Positions 41,320 to 55,289 of a stretch of 64,000 nt of DNA are shown one piece after another; positions within the stretch are counted from its first letter, which is position 1, and every line of letters starts with the position of its first letter. Both the position numbers and the translations under genes were made by a program. Origin of the DNA: Syncephalis fuscata S228 (taxonomy: Eukaryota > Fungi > Zoopagomycota); contig JAHLTZ010000059.1 in assembly GCA_025786725.1 (NCBI GenBank), forward strand, positions 1 through 64,000. The letters run 5' to 3'. A model generated the notes under the pieces. That model was not told where the DNA came from, did not search any database, and saw only the letters and a list, made by a program, of their open reading frames with translations.

Positions 41320-42900
41320 TTAGGCAAGGATTTTTAGCTAAAAAATATTATTACGCAAGATAAAAGATCTATAGTGTATATGAGCAAGATGGTAACAAGC
41401 AATTTTGAAATAATGGTTTAAAAACAAGTCCTGAAAACATTTATTTTCTCCTTTAACATACTGCAGAAAACTACAACTATGACTGGCGTTTATAGTATAA
41501 GGTTCAGCCCAAAGTTATGTAATCTTTCTTATGAAGGATACCATCAACCGTGGATCCTTACAGTCACTATAGACGATCAATTGCAACGATCTAAGCCGGT
41601 GATCAAATAAATCCAGTTTGCAACTAATGTGCCATTATATCAGCCGTATTCTAGCAAATTATGCTATGTTTAGCTTTAATATGTAATTTTATAGTCATAA
41701 TAAAGTAACAATAATATAAAAAAGAACAAATATTGAGCAATATTGTTTATTGCCAGTTGTGTTTGCTTATTAAGTGCATATTTTCATCTTATCATCTTAA
41801 TTTGGCTTGAATAGGTTTATAGTACAATACAAATGAATTAAAATATATGCTTTAAGCGATAATGTAAAATAGTTTAAAGGGATAGCATAGTGTTATGCGT
41901 AAGTTTAACAATTGGTGTCATAACTATTAAACTTTACCATGCTGCTATTCCCCGGCCTATTCCAGATTATGATCATATAGCATTGCGTATTCCAGCACCG
42001 TTAAGATTTATTTTGCCTATGGCAATTTGAAGCAGTTCTATAAAAAGTGCGTATTAGCTATTGTTTGTATAATCTGGGACGACACATGGTCAGTGTGCTA
42101 CTATGATGCAAAGATCTGCATAGCGCATGAGATAGCAGGACTGCTTTTGTGTCTGAATCATTTCGGAAGTGCTTTTGGCAACAGCTTTCATCCATTGCCT
42201 TTGTACAACAAGTAGGTATACGGATAAAGAAAGTCAAGTAACGGCACTTCCAAAACAAAAAAGGCTGTATGACACAAATTTAGAAAGTAGGGCGTTACTT
42301 GGTACTGGGCAATAGACTGGCTACTAGTATACTCTTTGCTCTGTGTGATGGCTTACAATTTAAGAAAATATGCCATGATCCGCGCCAATGGTACAAGAGC
42401 ACCGCTGCAACTTATAAAACAAACAGGATTTTAAGCCAGGATACATATATTATTCTGGTTATGTTGCACAAGACTTAATGGCTCGCCGCTTGCGGAAATA
42501 TTCTAGGCAGCATCATCAGCTGCACGCCATATCGTTTATTTCAAATTTCCGGCATGTTCAAGGAAATGCTAAATTCATTTTGTTCCGTATCCGACGACTT
42601 ACACAGTCCTTGAAACCATTTCTAATTTAATATCGCAATAGTCGTATCAGCTCAGAGAGCAGGCCTGTGCCTGTAAAGTACTCATTTTGAGTGACTGAAT
42701 ATATAATTGCCACCTTAATATGGTTGCACCTGGCACTAGTTTTATTTTACCCTTCAAATTTATCTGATATTAATTTTCATTTCATGCAGACACTTTGTTT
42801 GCAACGTTCGTAATTGCGCATAAACTTACAGCTGTGCTGTAACTTGCGGCTTTTATTTTATTTTATTTTAGTTTACCATTAACATTCATTATTACTGCTC

Positions 42901-44250
42901 ATGCACTTCAAAAAGCTGTCCCTTTTGATGGAAACTGCTTGTGGACAATCAATATTTATGACTGCAAGCAGCAATCAGTGTTTATTTTTGTAGCTTCGCC
43001 AGCTGTGCCATTTATGGCATGGCTGCACTTATGGGAGTTTCCTTGCTAATTTATCGCTACCGACATGTTTGGTCGGTTGAAACGCGCGTTAACAGTGCTC
43101 GATTGATTCGACGCCCCGTTGACTGGATGATTGTTCATTTGGCCTGGTGCTCATTCGCACGTTCAGCGTACACTCTTTTGTTGGCAATTGACGTAATTCC
43201 AGGTGCAGCCATTCGCCAGTTGATTCTGGCATTTACCAATTGGGGCTACTTGTGGGCGCTGGCTGTTTTTCTGGCCGGTGTGGTAGAAGCATTATTTTTA
43301 GTTTTACAACAAACTTCTTTTGAAACTAACTTTCGTTGGTGTCGTGACACAAATCAGCCAAGTAGCCCAGGACGAGGAACGAGAAAGTTTTGTGGCATTT
43401 CACTACACTCGATAATGGAGCGAGGTATTCTGATGGTCATTGGACTCATAGTGTGCGTTGTGCCATGTACGGCCACTGCTCTTTCGTATATGGCTGGTCA
43501 AGCACTAGATACAGAAAATTGGGATGAATACGCAAGACTAGAGCAGCTCAGTTGGCTAACTTGGACTGCAGGCCTAGGATGCTTAGCCTTTTTGGCTTCA
43601 CTCTATCTGGGCTCTCTTTCATCTGTTCTACGCCAGTCGGCAAATCTATTACGCTTAAGCGCTGCAAGTTATGACGCTGATACATCGCAGCAATTATTAT
43701 GGCTCATCAAATTAATGATATGTTTTTATATTAGCAGCACGTTAGCATCTATTGCTCATTCACTATTATTTTCAATAATGTTGGCTCATTTCTACCCAAG
43801 TATTGCTTATTTTGCCTTTTTTGAAGTAATTTGGTGGCCATGTCTTACTTTGATTATATTTATTGTTATTAGTCAAAATAGACAACGGACGCCTTCAAAT
43901 ACATTTGAAAGCAATCAGTCCAACACATTGCCAGCTTTATGGCACTCTGGCTTCTCCAGAGGACTTGCCCAAACTTCAACACAAAGCCCAGGAATGCTTG
44001 CGCTCAATAGAAGCATTTTTCAATCCCAAATTCTTTGCATTCTGAGGATAACTTTTCTGTTCATACCTGGTCGCCTTTAATAGATAATGACACAGAGATA
44101 ACACCAATACTTCCTATACGAACCTGCTCATTACCTCGTGAGTTGCCCCCATCACCCTCTGTCTCTGTTACAGTAGTTATAGAAAAGTCATTTATGGATG
44201 CGGCTGTAAACGCAGTGCCAAAGCACAAGTCGGTGCCAAACTTTTTCTAA
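42901..44250 (+). CDS. Orphan 7TM receptor-like protein B (C-x-W-x6-C family)
   Basis: CLWTINIYDC encoded at 42936-42965 upstream of ORF 43019; RRPVDW, FLAGVVEA, WWP as in paralogue A; tail continues in ORF 44035-44250. Confidence 0.78.
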
Positions 44251-44653
44251 TACGAATAAGCCGGTGTACCTCCTACGCTGTATAATTGTGACGAATTCAG
44301 GCTTGTCAAAGTGGGTGCATTTATTTATTATATAAGCCAGTAAATCATTGCTTTATTTCTTGAACATGTCAGCGTGCAATATTTTTATGTGGGTTGGCCT
44401 AAAAGTGTCATGCGACGGTAATTTTTAAATAGTAATCCATTTAAAATATTTTTTGTCAATGCTGTCATTATTTTATTAATGACATTGTTCTATGAATATG
44501 CTTGCCTTTAAACAATTGATAATAATCTTTTACTCCTTAATTATTCTCGCTGTTTATTTGTTTTACAATACTGAACTTTGATATAAAATAAAACTTGAGT
44601 ATAATTTATCGGCTAAATTCATACATTTATTTAAACAATTAAATTATTTAATT

Positions 44654-44804
44654 ATATTGTGATTTAGTAACCAAATGACTAAACTTAATAGATGATGCGT
44701 ATTTGATGACTGATGTCACTCATCACCCATCAGCATCATGTTAATAAATTAAATGTTATTAGATGTTAGTCATTTGCCCAAAGCACACTATGGTTATTAA
44801 TAAA
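44654..44804. repeat. Dispersed ~150 bp repeat R2, copy 2 (inverted)
   Basis: Reverse complement of 37017-37163. Confidence 0.85.
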
Positions 44805-44840
44805 TTGTTTAATATTTGCAATATCGTAGTATTTATCTAT

Positions 44841-46610
44841 TTATTTCGTTGCACTTGATGCCGTACTTTTGTCTTCAATCCGCCACGAGTTGTAGAACAC
44901 GAATGCGGTTGTTAGAAGACATTTTCTGCTTGGAATTATCAACCAGATCCTGTTCTTGCACGCCAATAACTATGTGTATATCCTATTAGCTAATCGTATT
45001 AATACATTGTCATTTACCTTCTGCTAATTCTTGGACAACATCATTGGGCAGCCATGCAAATCCATTGTTTGCAGCAATACTTGGCCACCTTACTGTCAAG
45101 TATTCTATACAATTCTAATAAAGTTGCATAATATTGCCATGTTAGGATCGGATATTTCAATCTCATTATACTGGCCATTTTCCTGTTTAATTGGTTGATC
45201 GTTGGTTATAGATTGATTTAGATTTGTTGGTACTGTTGTTGCGAATAGTATTTCTGTAGTTAATTGAGATGAAAAGAAGATGATATTATTCAGCATTTTG
45301 AAAGCGACGTTCTGTCTCTTTACAATAAGCTTTTTGATTTCCATGTAAATCACTAGTTTATCTCGCTCTCGACCAGAAAGAGAAAGCATTGCATCTAACC
45401 ATTCTTTAATTATCTCTGCATTCCAACCAACTAGCAGCTTTGGCAAATCTTTATCAGTCGTTAAACAGCCAGAAAATTCTTTTGCAGCACATTCGATTGC
45501 CCGACTATATATTTCATCATTCATCAAATGGACCTGTGACATCCATTGGGAGGAGTTTGAAGCACCAGCTATCGCTTTCCGTTCTGAAAGCTGCCATTTC
45601 AACTCGTGACATCGCATCAATGTATCAGCTATTGAATTAGGCGTACATTTTCCAATACTAGCTGTAAAATCTCATCACGTTTTTCCTTAGATAAACGATT
45701 AACAAAGTTTGCCGAAAGCCAGGCCCGGTTGTAGCCATGAGTAAGAACATAATTGCAGCCTTTTGTTAATGCAGTCAAGTTGTAGCGTTCCGAAAATGAT
45801 AAAAGACCGGGTATCTGTGGTACACACGTATCACATATACAGCGCAGACCATGAAGGCGATGGACTATTCGGTGCAAGCAATAGGAATGTAGAGATGGGA
45901 AGTCAAGGAAATCGGCTGCACGCCAAATAGCCGTCCAATCTGCTAATGTTAGTGTGGCTTCTTTTTCAGCTGAAGCAACGCTAGAGCCTGTATAAAGAAA
46001 ATGTATCATATATGGCAGTGCGCGCGCAGGAACGCAACTATCTGGCAGGTGAAATTGCCCTAAAGATGATTCAATATAACGATCATCAACAGATAGCATA
46101 GCTCGGAAATATCCAGATCGTGCTGCTAGAGAAATCGGTGTACGCGCTCTTCTGTCTTTTGCTCCTTCAATATTTTATCTGTATCTTCAATGTCTATAAC
46201 CAGTTTTGCATCTCCGTGAGCACGGCTTGCTAAAAGACAGTCTAGCGAGGTAATAGCAGCGTAATAGCTACGCAGTTCAATGGCTGAACTAGATGTCGAA
46301 TTCCATACAAGCTTTGTATCTGATGCCGTATCGTCTCCACTTGTAGTACTAGTGCTATTATCATAAGCTGTATTTGTTGTACAATTGCAACGACCGTAGC
46401 AATGCAGTATAGCTTGGTGTGTTTGCAAGCCATCAATAGTAGTATCGGCAAACATCGGCGCATCACAGTTAGTATCACCGCCAAGAATACAAATAGCTCC
46501 GCTAATTCTTTGCCCAGACATGACTCTGGTCGAACAAGTAAATGGCGCAATTCCTTAGAGGCATGTGGTAATAGAAAACGTTTAGAAGGCTTAGTGTTCT
46601 TGTGTGCCAT
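44841..46610 (-). CDS. BTB/POZ-domain protein (several apparent frameshifts)
   Basis: GDAKLVI...RVHRFL[fs]AARSGYFRAML...MIHFLYTG...IWRAADFLDFPSLHSYC is a BTB pattern; terminal intron near 44970-45017. Confidence 0.78.
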
Positions 46611-48219
46611 AGTAAGTCCAAGTAATTATGGAATTCAAAAACTACAGCGTGTGATAAAGACAACGATTATTCATGCTGGAACATTTCAAAGGTCTTGTGA
46701 TTAGTAATGTACACGACGCTAAATAAAACGTGTGATCCATCCATACAAACTCTTTAGCATGAATGAATACGCTGCTGCTACGATGTTTAAAATAATGATA
46801 TATTCCGCCATATACTGTAACTATATCACTTGGTAAACGAGTAATACAAATACACAAGTAATTCCATATTATTAGCTTCATTTATATTTATTCCCATCAG
46901 GAACCTACTTTAATAGCCAAAAGCTTATTTTGATCAAACACAAAACAATAGAATATATTAAGCAAGCTTTTTATTTAAATCAACAATTTTTGTCTTGATA
47001 GTTTAATATATCCTGTGTTTTATCCACTATTTCAAATTGTTTATTTGATTTTAAGTAGCAAATATGTAATACCGCAGATCCTTTACAATTATTAATAGAA
47101 GCATAAAGAGTAGTATAGCTTGGTTTATACAATTGCTAGAATAATAATGTTCAGTCAATTAGCTTAGTAATAGTGCCACGCTTGTAAAAACAGAATTACC
47201 ATAACGTGAAATGACGTGTTATCTACACATGTATATAATGGTATAACAGCAATAGAAATAAATAAGCCAATTAGTCAAATGGTTTATTTCTATTATTGTT
47301 AATAATGGATAGTATGATGTAGTCGTATTAACGTGACTAGTATTGATCAAAATAGTCATAGAGATGGGATGGATGAATAAGGATGTGTAAATAGCACTGC
47401 AACTGCAACTGCAACATGCTATGTAACTATGATTTAATAATTAATGTTACTTAGCATCTTAATTCATTCATACTAGGATAAATTCTTAGTAACAAATAGC
47501 GCAATACTATGAAACTATGTGTTTTGAATAACTCGCGCAAGTACTTTTGTGCTTAAATTAGAGTCGGCATGCTGTCTTTATTTGGTAACTGACAACAGAC
47601 CTCAATAGGCTGCCGAAACCTTTGCGTGGTTTAAAACGAAGCTCTAAAGCGCGGACAATATCTTGTATGGTTGGGCAAACGCGCCGTTGCACTGGCCAGA
47701 GCGGCAGTACGTTTCTGGGATCTTTGTGTTGCACTTTGTCTATTTTTGCTTTTGGAGCAGCGCTTGCAGCGTGGGTTTACTGGTCATTGCCATGTTGGTC
47801 GACGCTCCCTTGAATTTGTGTTACGGCGCATTGGCTTTTCGGGCATATTGGACCACGTACATGGTGTTAGTATGGATTGTCAACCTTGATCATACCATCT
47901 CAACAAGTACCCGAGCAACCTATTTTAATTTGTAGATTAGTGGTTTATTTGTAAATAGCTACACTGTTGCTGCAACGCCAACATTCTACCATTTGTCTAT
48001 TCTTTTCTTGATGCTATTGAGCTAGCCTAATTTCATTGTTTCTTATTGTCCATAGCAGTTATCCTTACGCGACGCTAACAGCAAGCGTTGTTTCTACTTA
48101 ATCTATTTATCTGCAAGCTGGATACTTGTTACAGGTTTTATTTTAAAATTAACGTCGCACCCAAAAGACAAATTAACAACAACAACAGCAACAATAGCGT
48201 TGGCTCTAATTAACGCAAA

Positions 48220-50439
48220 ATGACACCAGAGTCGACTGCGCCAGAATGGACTCACCATTGTTATTGGCTCACTGAAGTGCGCAATTGTCGATACGATAAT
48301 GTCCACGAGAATATTGTCATTTTCAGTTTATGTGCGCATGCCATTCCAATGTTGGTTGGAACACATGCACTATGGCTTCGTTATCGACACTTATGGCGCG
48401 GCCTATACTGTCGTATTCGCGGCCATATTGTGCCATCCACCGTTGAATGTTTGCTTGTCCTTTGGACTGTTGAAAGCTATGCTCGCGTTGCCTTCTTGCT
48501 AGTTACTCTTTTGGGCGCTTGGCCTAGTCCAGTATGGCAAGAAGTGGCGTTTAGTGTTGCTATTTTTCCGTTTATATTTGGTATTATTCTCTTTTTGTGC
48601 GGTTTAATCGCCGCCATTCCGCCGTCACTTACCTATACGCACCATGTTAACGCCGACGGCACCGACAGCTTTCACTGGAGTTTTTCGCATTGGTCGAAAA
48701 TGCCACAGCGACTTTCCGGCGCTGGTGTCTACGTACCATCCATCCGTGCTTTGCAAATCACTACTATTATCATCATGCTTAGTATAGTAGGGGCCATTAT
48801 CCCACTTTCCGTGATGAATGGACTTGCATGGTCGCAAGGCAATTGGGACGCGCTTCTTTACTGGCGAAAAATCGAATTTCTCGTTTGGGGTGCCCATGTG
48901 TTTATAATCTTCGCTATTACCATCTACTACAGCCGCGGTCTATCGGCCATCATGAGAGGCAGTCTTCAAACGCCCGAATCAGAACATGATAACACCGAAC
49001 ACGGCTTTACTTCAACCGACCTCTCGATTGAGCACGGTCAACGCCGAACCAACCGTACCATGAATCAACGACAGTCCTATCCAATTCAAGAAAGCTTTGT
49101 CGAACCGGAGGCCCGCCCAAGATGGCCACTGGCTTTTGTGAAAAATCCTTTGAACCGTCGCCAAGATAGTAGTAATCAGGCCGCAGTCAATGCTGCTACC
49201 CGTGTTGAACACATTTTTACGGTGCTTCATATTGTAACGGTCTTATTTCAATATTCGCTATTATTTGGGCTTTTATTAATCATAAAATTATTTCCGATTC
49301 TGCGGCAAATATTGCTTTAAACATTGGTATGAATGGCATCGTTCTACCATTTACCTTAGGATTTACTTTGTGGAAGCTGCAACAGTCAACACTGGCCACA
49401 TTGCATACACATCTTTCTGCAGTCTATGAAAATACCAAAAATGCACTCTATCGCGTAAAAAATGCTGTACGCTATCCTCAACACATCATTAGTGATATTG
49501 ATGGTAAAGATGACTATGACATTGACGAATCCGTCAACGGTTTTAGAAAGCAGCCATTTGAGATGGCCGAAATCGACGAGGACCGCTACAACTTTTTCAG
49601 GCAAAACGAAGAGTATGTATGGCCAACAACGGCAGCTGAAGAGCAACTTAACCGAACCAACCGACCGGTAAGTAAAATATAACTAATTTGTGCTGCTATT
49701 ACCATTTATTAATATTCATTATTTTATTTAGCCAAGTGTGCCGTCAAAAACAAAACTATTCAAGAGTGCATCAAACGAAGATATTACAGAATTTAGTAGT
49801 AGTTGGCGACTACAAGCGGCATTTCACCCCAACGTCCGTCATCATCCTGTGTCTATTATCAACGGACCTGCCGTGCCACGAGCCATCCACAATGACACTG
49901 ATTTGCAACCAGCATGGTGTGATCGTAGCGATATTAGCATTAAAGAGCCATGGATCCATGTCGAGAACTCTTGCGCAAATAATATGGATTTTTCATCTGA
50001 TGCTATGCCACAAAACAAGCATCTTGATATGGAAGAGCTTGATGCGTTTGGCCCTCATCACAACTTTTACACAAGTCCGCCACGTCCACAATCACCTGAT
50101 CCATATGATCGGGGATTCGCCAGTGATGCAGAACCTGTTAATTATTATTTACGCAACAGCAATAACAATAACAATATTAATACTGTTACTGCTGCTACCA
50201 ATAATAATAATAATAACATTGATAATATTAGTATTGATATTAATGATAGCAGTCATCATCACTACGACGACGAAGATGATAACGAAAATCATATAAGCAG
50301 TTGGTGGACAAGTGCCACTCGGCCATCACCTATCATAATGATATGGATAACTCGTCTGATGACCAAGAGTCAACTCTGTACAGTAATCCCTTTCCAGAAG
50401 TATAGTCGCCACTGGCACCATAAGCCATTAATTCAATAA
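48220..50439 (+). CDS. Orphan 7TM receptor-like protein C (C-x-W-x6-C family); intron ~49669-49731 in the tail
   Basis: CYWLTEVRNC, LWLRYRHLW, PSTVECLL, WQEVAF, FLCGLIAAIPP, VYVP; long Asn/Asp/Ser-rich tail; 3' end uncertain. Confidence 0.8.
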
Positions 50440-51840
50440 TTTAATAACTATAGTTTAAAAATAGCCGTATTTAATTCAAATCATGCCCATTTATCAGCAT
50501 TATTACTAATAGTACTATTATTATCGTCATCATTGCCATTATTGTTAGTCATTTTGCTTTTTTTCTATAAATCTTGTTGCATCTATTACTATTTACTGCT
50601 GTTGTCCGATAATAAATCTAGTTTGTTTGTGTAAAGTAGCCATTTGCTACAACATCAAATCAATAGATTGCTGATAGATACACGTCATTTGCAACACGTG
50701 CTAAATTACCCAATTAGCTGGTTCTTGCTAAATACACAACTACCGTATTCCGAGTTCAAACGGCTCTTTCTTAGTGTGTAACCATCGCTACAAGGAACAG
50801 CATAGGCGACATCCTAGTAAGTTTACTGTTATGATTGCGCAACTGCACATCGGCACATGATATCACTCGTCAAGTATCAGCTGATATGCACCCTGACTTT
50901 AATAGAACTAACATAGTAAAACTTGCAGTTATAGCAGCATTTGTTATTTTGATATCATACGGAAATGGCGAGTATTTATTCGACTGTCCCAATATAGTAT
51001 CGGCGATGACTTTTGTTACTAAATAGAACTAAATATAAAACATTCCACATGTGAAGACTTGAAATAAAAGATCTTTGCTCTTTATTATTTAGTATAAACT
51101 ATTCATTTAGCTATCTATGTTCTGCTTATACGCAAAATAGCACTACTGGAATAAATAAACGCAATGGTTACATTTATTTCTATTTACTAACGACTCATCC
51201 TACCATTATGGCAGGTTATCAAATTGTGTCGATGTAACGATAGCCGCTGCCTTAATAGCATTAACAATACACATTCGGTGAATCAATTTAAGTTGTACAC
51301 AGACACAGACGCCCCGTCCGCACTACCATCATGGTTACAATGATTATCGTTACAGTAGATTGACAGCAACAACAACAGCTACTACGATATAAGGACCATT
51401 TTCTTTATTATTATTAGTATGTCGCCTTTTTTGCCCTTTTTTCGCATTCCTTGATTTTGTTTTCTGTGCAGTGTTGTTGTTAACGATTTATTTGTTGGTT
51501 ACTGTGCCGATACTTACGTTTCCTTTTTTTGTTCTAACTAACACATCACACCGTTACTGCATACCAGTTACTTTACGATACCGTTCTAACGAATTGATGT
51601 TCACATTTTGTTGTGAAAAACCAACTTTTTTGTTCAAATTTAATTGATGTAATTACAGAGCTATTGTCTCTTTTGAACTTGAGTTTGTGCGTTTAATGGC
51701 CCCGCCATGATTAAACAACACCTACTATTTATTCTATTTATTCTATACTTACTGGCCATCAGTGATGTTGCACTATCAACGGAACCATCTATATCCAGAC
51801 AACTAATAGCAATAATTCCAATCATTATGATCACGATTCA

Positions 51841-53656
51841 ATGGGAATGAATGGCCCATCCTCTGATGAACAACCGCTACCTAATTGTGACTGGCGTCTG
51901 TCGACAAGCAAATGCTATGCCAGTTGGATACATGAAGGTATTCTAGGCACGAGTTTAGGCTGTTACTTTTCCCTTATTCTCGCCGGCACTATACTATTAC
52001 GACGTCGATGGAAGGTTGACTGGACACTGTCACAGCTCGATCGCTCCTATGGACATGCTAGGGCCGATGATGGCGGTATTCGGCGCTACTGTCCTCTTTT
52101 TCGTCGTCTCGTGCACTACACTTATTGTAATGCACAAAAAGCGCCCACCTCGCACCATAGTCGACTCGGTTCGCCGAACAACAACCATGACGATACAGTG
52201 CACTGCAACGTACACGGCACTGGTCGTTGGTCGCGCATGATAACCTCCCCCGTCGATTGTCTCTTGCTATGCTGGACATGCTATGGACTACTAAGGCTGA
52301 TCGGGGTCACCATTACTCTACTCGGATTTATTAGCACAACGGAGATACAAGAAGTAGTATTTAATCTATCGCTATGGCCAGCCTCTATTGGGGCCATCAC
52401 TTTCATGGTGGGCCTAGTAGGTGGTGATCCACCTCGACGTCTTATCAACTGTTCAAGTAATAACGGCCAGCCAAAATACTGGATCCATAGACCACCTATT
52501 TGGTGTCTACAGTTTATTGCTCTATTCCATTTAATTGTCTATCCGGTTGTCACATTAACTTGTTCTATCTATTCGGGTATTAAGGCTGATTTATTTGATT
52601 TCTCGTCATCGCTGCAATGGGATAATATTTCTATATTATTCTGGTCTATTCAAACCTGGCCGTTTGCCATTATAGGCGCCGTTTATATGATTCATTGTTT
52701 ACGAGTACAGCGTCGCTTTAATAGCCCGATTTATCACGAAGCAGCCCCATCTAATAGTAATGGCAATGGCCATGGCCATACAATGACTTGCCAGCCGCTT
52801 AATAATGAAGAGCTGCTTTATATTCGACAACTAAACCGTATCTACGGCACTGTAGCTGCAGTAGGCATTGCCGTTGGTCTATGGACACTTACCGCCTCGT
52901 TATTGCCTGTACGCCGTATTGGTCATACTGTCACCTCATCCATGTTAAGCAATATTGCCTTTAACTGTATTGCCCCCATTCTAGCTATTGTTATTATGAT
53001 GACTGTCTAAACAAATCACGTGTCTACAAAGGCTTTTACAGCACTAATGGAAGTTATCGAATGTTATGGAGTTCCGATAAACGCTTATCTCCTCCAAAGA
53101 TGATGACAGAACAACAACATCCATGGTCAACGAGCAATTCTATTTATTTACCAAAAGGTTCACTTCATCCAACTGACTATCTTCAGCAACAAGCCATTGT
53201 TCTGATATACTTGAAAGTGTTCATTCAATGGAGATGCGATCACCTTCACCTATGAAACCACCTCCTATAGCCTATCAACGCAATGATCGACACCATCATT
53301 ACCAGCAACAGTTATATCATACCAATTCAACTGCTACCACTACAGATCATGATTATAGTAGGACTAGTATAACCAGTGCTACTAGCTATACGCACTATGA
53401 TGATCAAACGGGCAAACGCGTCTTTATTGAAGGGCGTGGTCCTCGAGTGAGTGCCGTGGGCACCCATAATAATGGATTCTTAACAGTGGGCACCTATAAC
53501 GAAGAACGACTCGTTAATAATGCCAGTGAATATATGTCACCACGAGGTTCGTTCTCTAGTGGAGATGGACGTGGTTATATTATTGAAATGTATTCAGTGG
53601 AAGAATCAGCTTATATTGAACGTGAAATTACTGATAGTTGTGATAGCCGTGTTTAA
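51841..53656 (+). CDS. Orphan 7TM receptor-like protein D (C-x-W-x6-C family)
   Basis: CDWRLSTSKC, SPVDCLL, IQEVVF, FMVGLVGGDPP; seven hydrophobic segments in ORF 51841-53010; tail continues through frameshifts to ORF 53228-53656. Confidence 0.8.
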
Positions 53657-53766
53657 ATAAATATCATGTATTGTTAACAACATTAACACTGGTGTAAACA
53701 TTAACACGTTAGATGATGCATTTGATAATAACATAATATTAATTAATTAAAGTAAATACGTTCAAT

Positions 53767-54567
53767 TTAATGTTTGCTCTTCTTTTTCTTCTTTTTAGGT
53801 GTTTCTACTTCTGAATGATGTGATTTATGTTTCTTTTTATCACGTGGACTCTGATCAGTCTCCATTTCTACTTTGTTATCTGTCATAGTCACTATATTAA
53901 CTGAATGGCTATTATAATAGTTGTATTGTTTACCTGTTGTTGATTCAGTTTTACTAAAGATACAGCTTAGGGGAAATTGCATCTTCATTCCCTCAGGATG
54001 TAATCGCTTTTGAATAGTTTGTGCCTTAATCTCTTTAGCCAATGGTTTAGAGGAAGGAATGTTGACAGCATGCGTCAGTGTAATATGGCGAGTAAATGGC
54101 ATAGGTGCTACAAAACTATAAATATTGACTTTTACTATCAATACTGTATGACTTACCTAGAACCAACTTGTCTTCTGAGGGTACTAGACAGTGCATACCA
54201 CGCATTTCACGTCCACCGACAGCCGCTGATGCATCTGAACCCATACAGTGTACATTATACTGCTGATCGCTGACTTCAACTATAGATTCAGTGGAATCAC
54301 TCGGTAATTGGAGTGTGATACCGTCCAAGTCTGCTGCATTCACATTATCTGGTATTCTAATAAGCCATAGCTCTTTGTCGTCAGTGCTTGCTTCGAGTGT
54401 ATCGGCATCAAACGTAGATTCGTGTTCATCATCTATTGGAGCAGACACAAAGTGTTCCGGTGGTGTCCAAGTCGTTCTCTGTTGAATTCATAATAAATAG
54501 TTGTCAATAAGTATTGAAGCTAAATCAATAGATGTATGGTAGTCATTATAACTTACGTGATAGGCAT
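53767..54567 (-). CDS. RPA34: RNA polymerase I subunit A34.5 (Rpa34)-like
   Basis: WTPPEHF, KELWLIRIPDNV..DL, CLVP, PFTRHITL, HPEGMKMQFPL and a Lys-rich tail; 3 exons. Confidence 0.75.
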
Positions 54568-55289
54568 TGTAGGCTGTTCAACTAGTGTGTGTGCGCGTAA
54601 AGAATACTGACACAAGAAAATGAATCAATTTTCTTTTTTTTCTAATATTCTTTGATTTAAACCTTTAATTCATTCATTATTTTATTAATTATTTAGATAT
54701 TATGATTATAATTACTGTTCTTGCTCCTAATGATTACACAAACTAGTTTGCTATACCTGTTAAATAGTAAATACACTGCTGTTATTAATGTCTATAGTTA
54801 TTACAATCTATAATATAGAATGAATAGTAATTACGAGTGGATATGAATAAATGCGGTTAAACATCTTGTTCAAATGCCGTGGTTCCCAGGTTCTATCCAC
54901 ATTCATACTTGCCACACGAATGATGCGCGTGTCTCTCTGTCTCTATTTCTCTCTTTTTCACACTTTCTCATACTCACTGTCACTCTTACTACATATCACT
55001 TCTTTGTCACCACGTGTAGGCATAGACTCACTTGACTGTATGCTACATGCTTCATCCAAATACGCCACTTATTACATATTCTTTTATAATCCTTCACTAC
55101 TTACCACTACTATAGTTTGTATTCACAGACTATTGTCGCCTTTACTGTCGACTCAAGCTTAGGAATATTGATTACGCATCTGTACATCGCTTGGGTTATA
55201 GCCATCTATAGTTAATCTCTCATTACAACGGCTTCTATTACTGCCGCTACTAACAAGCATATACTATAAGCCTCAAGACCGATCACGCA

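Noticed and set aside
47622-47935. Overlapping short hydrophobic ORFs upstream of 7TM gene C
   Set aside because: Non-ATG starts, no family motif or splice support; probably promoter or 5'UTR sequence.
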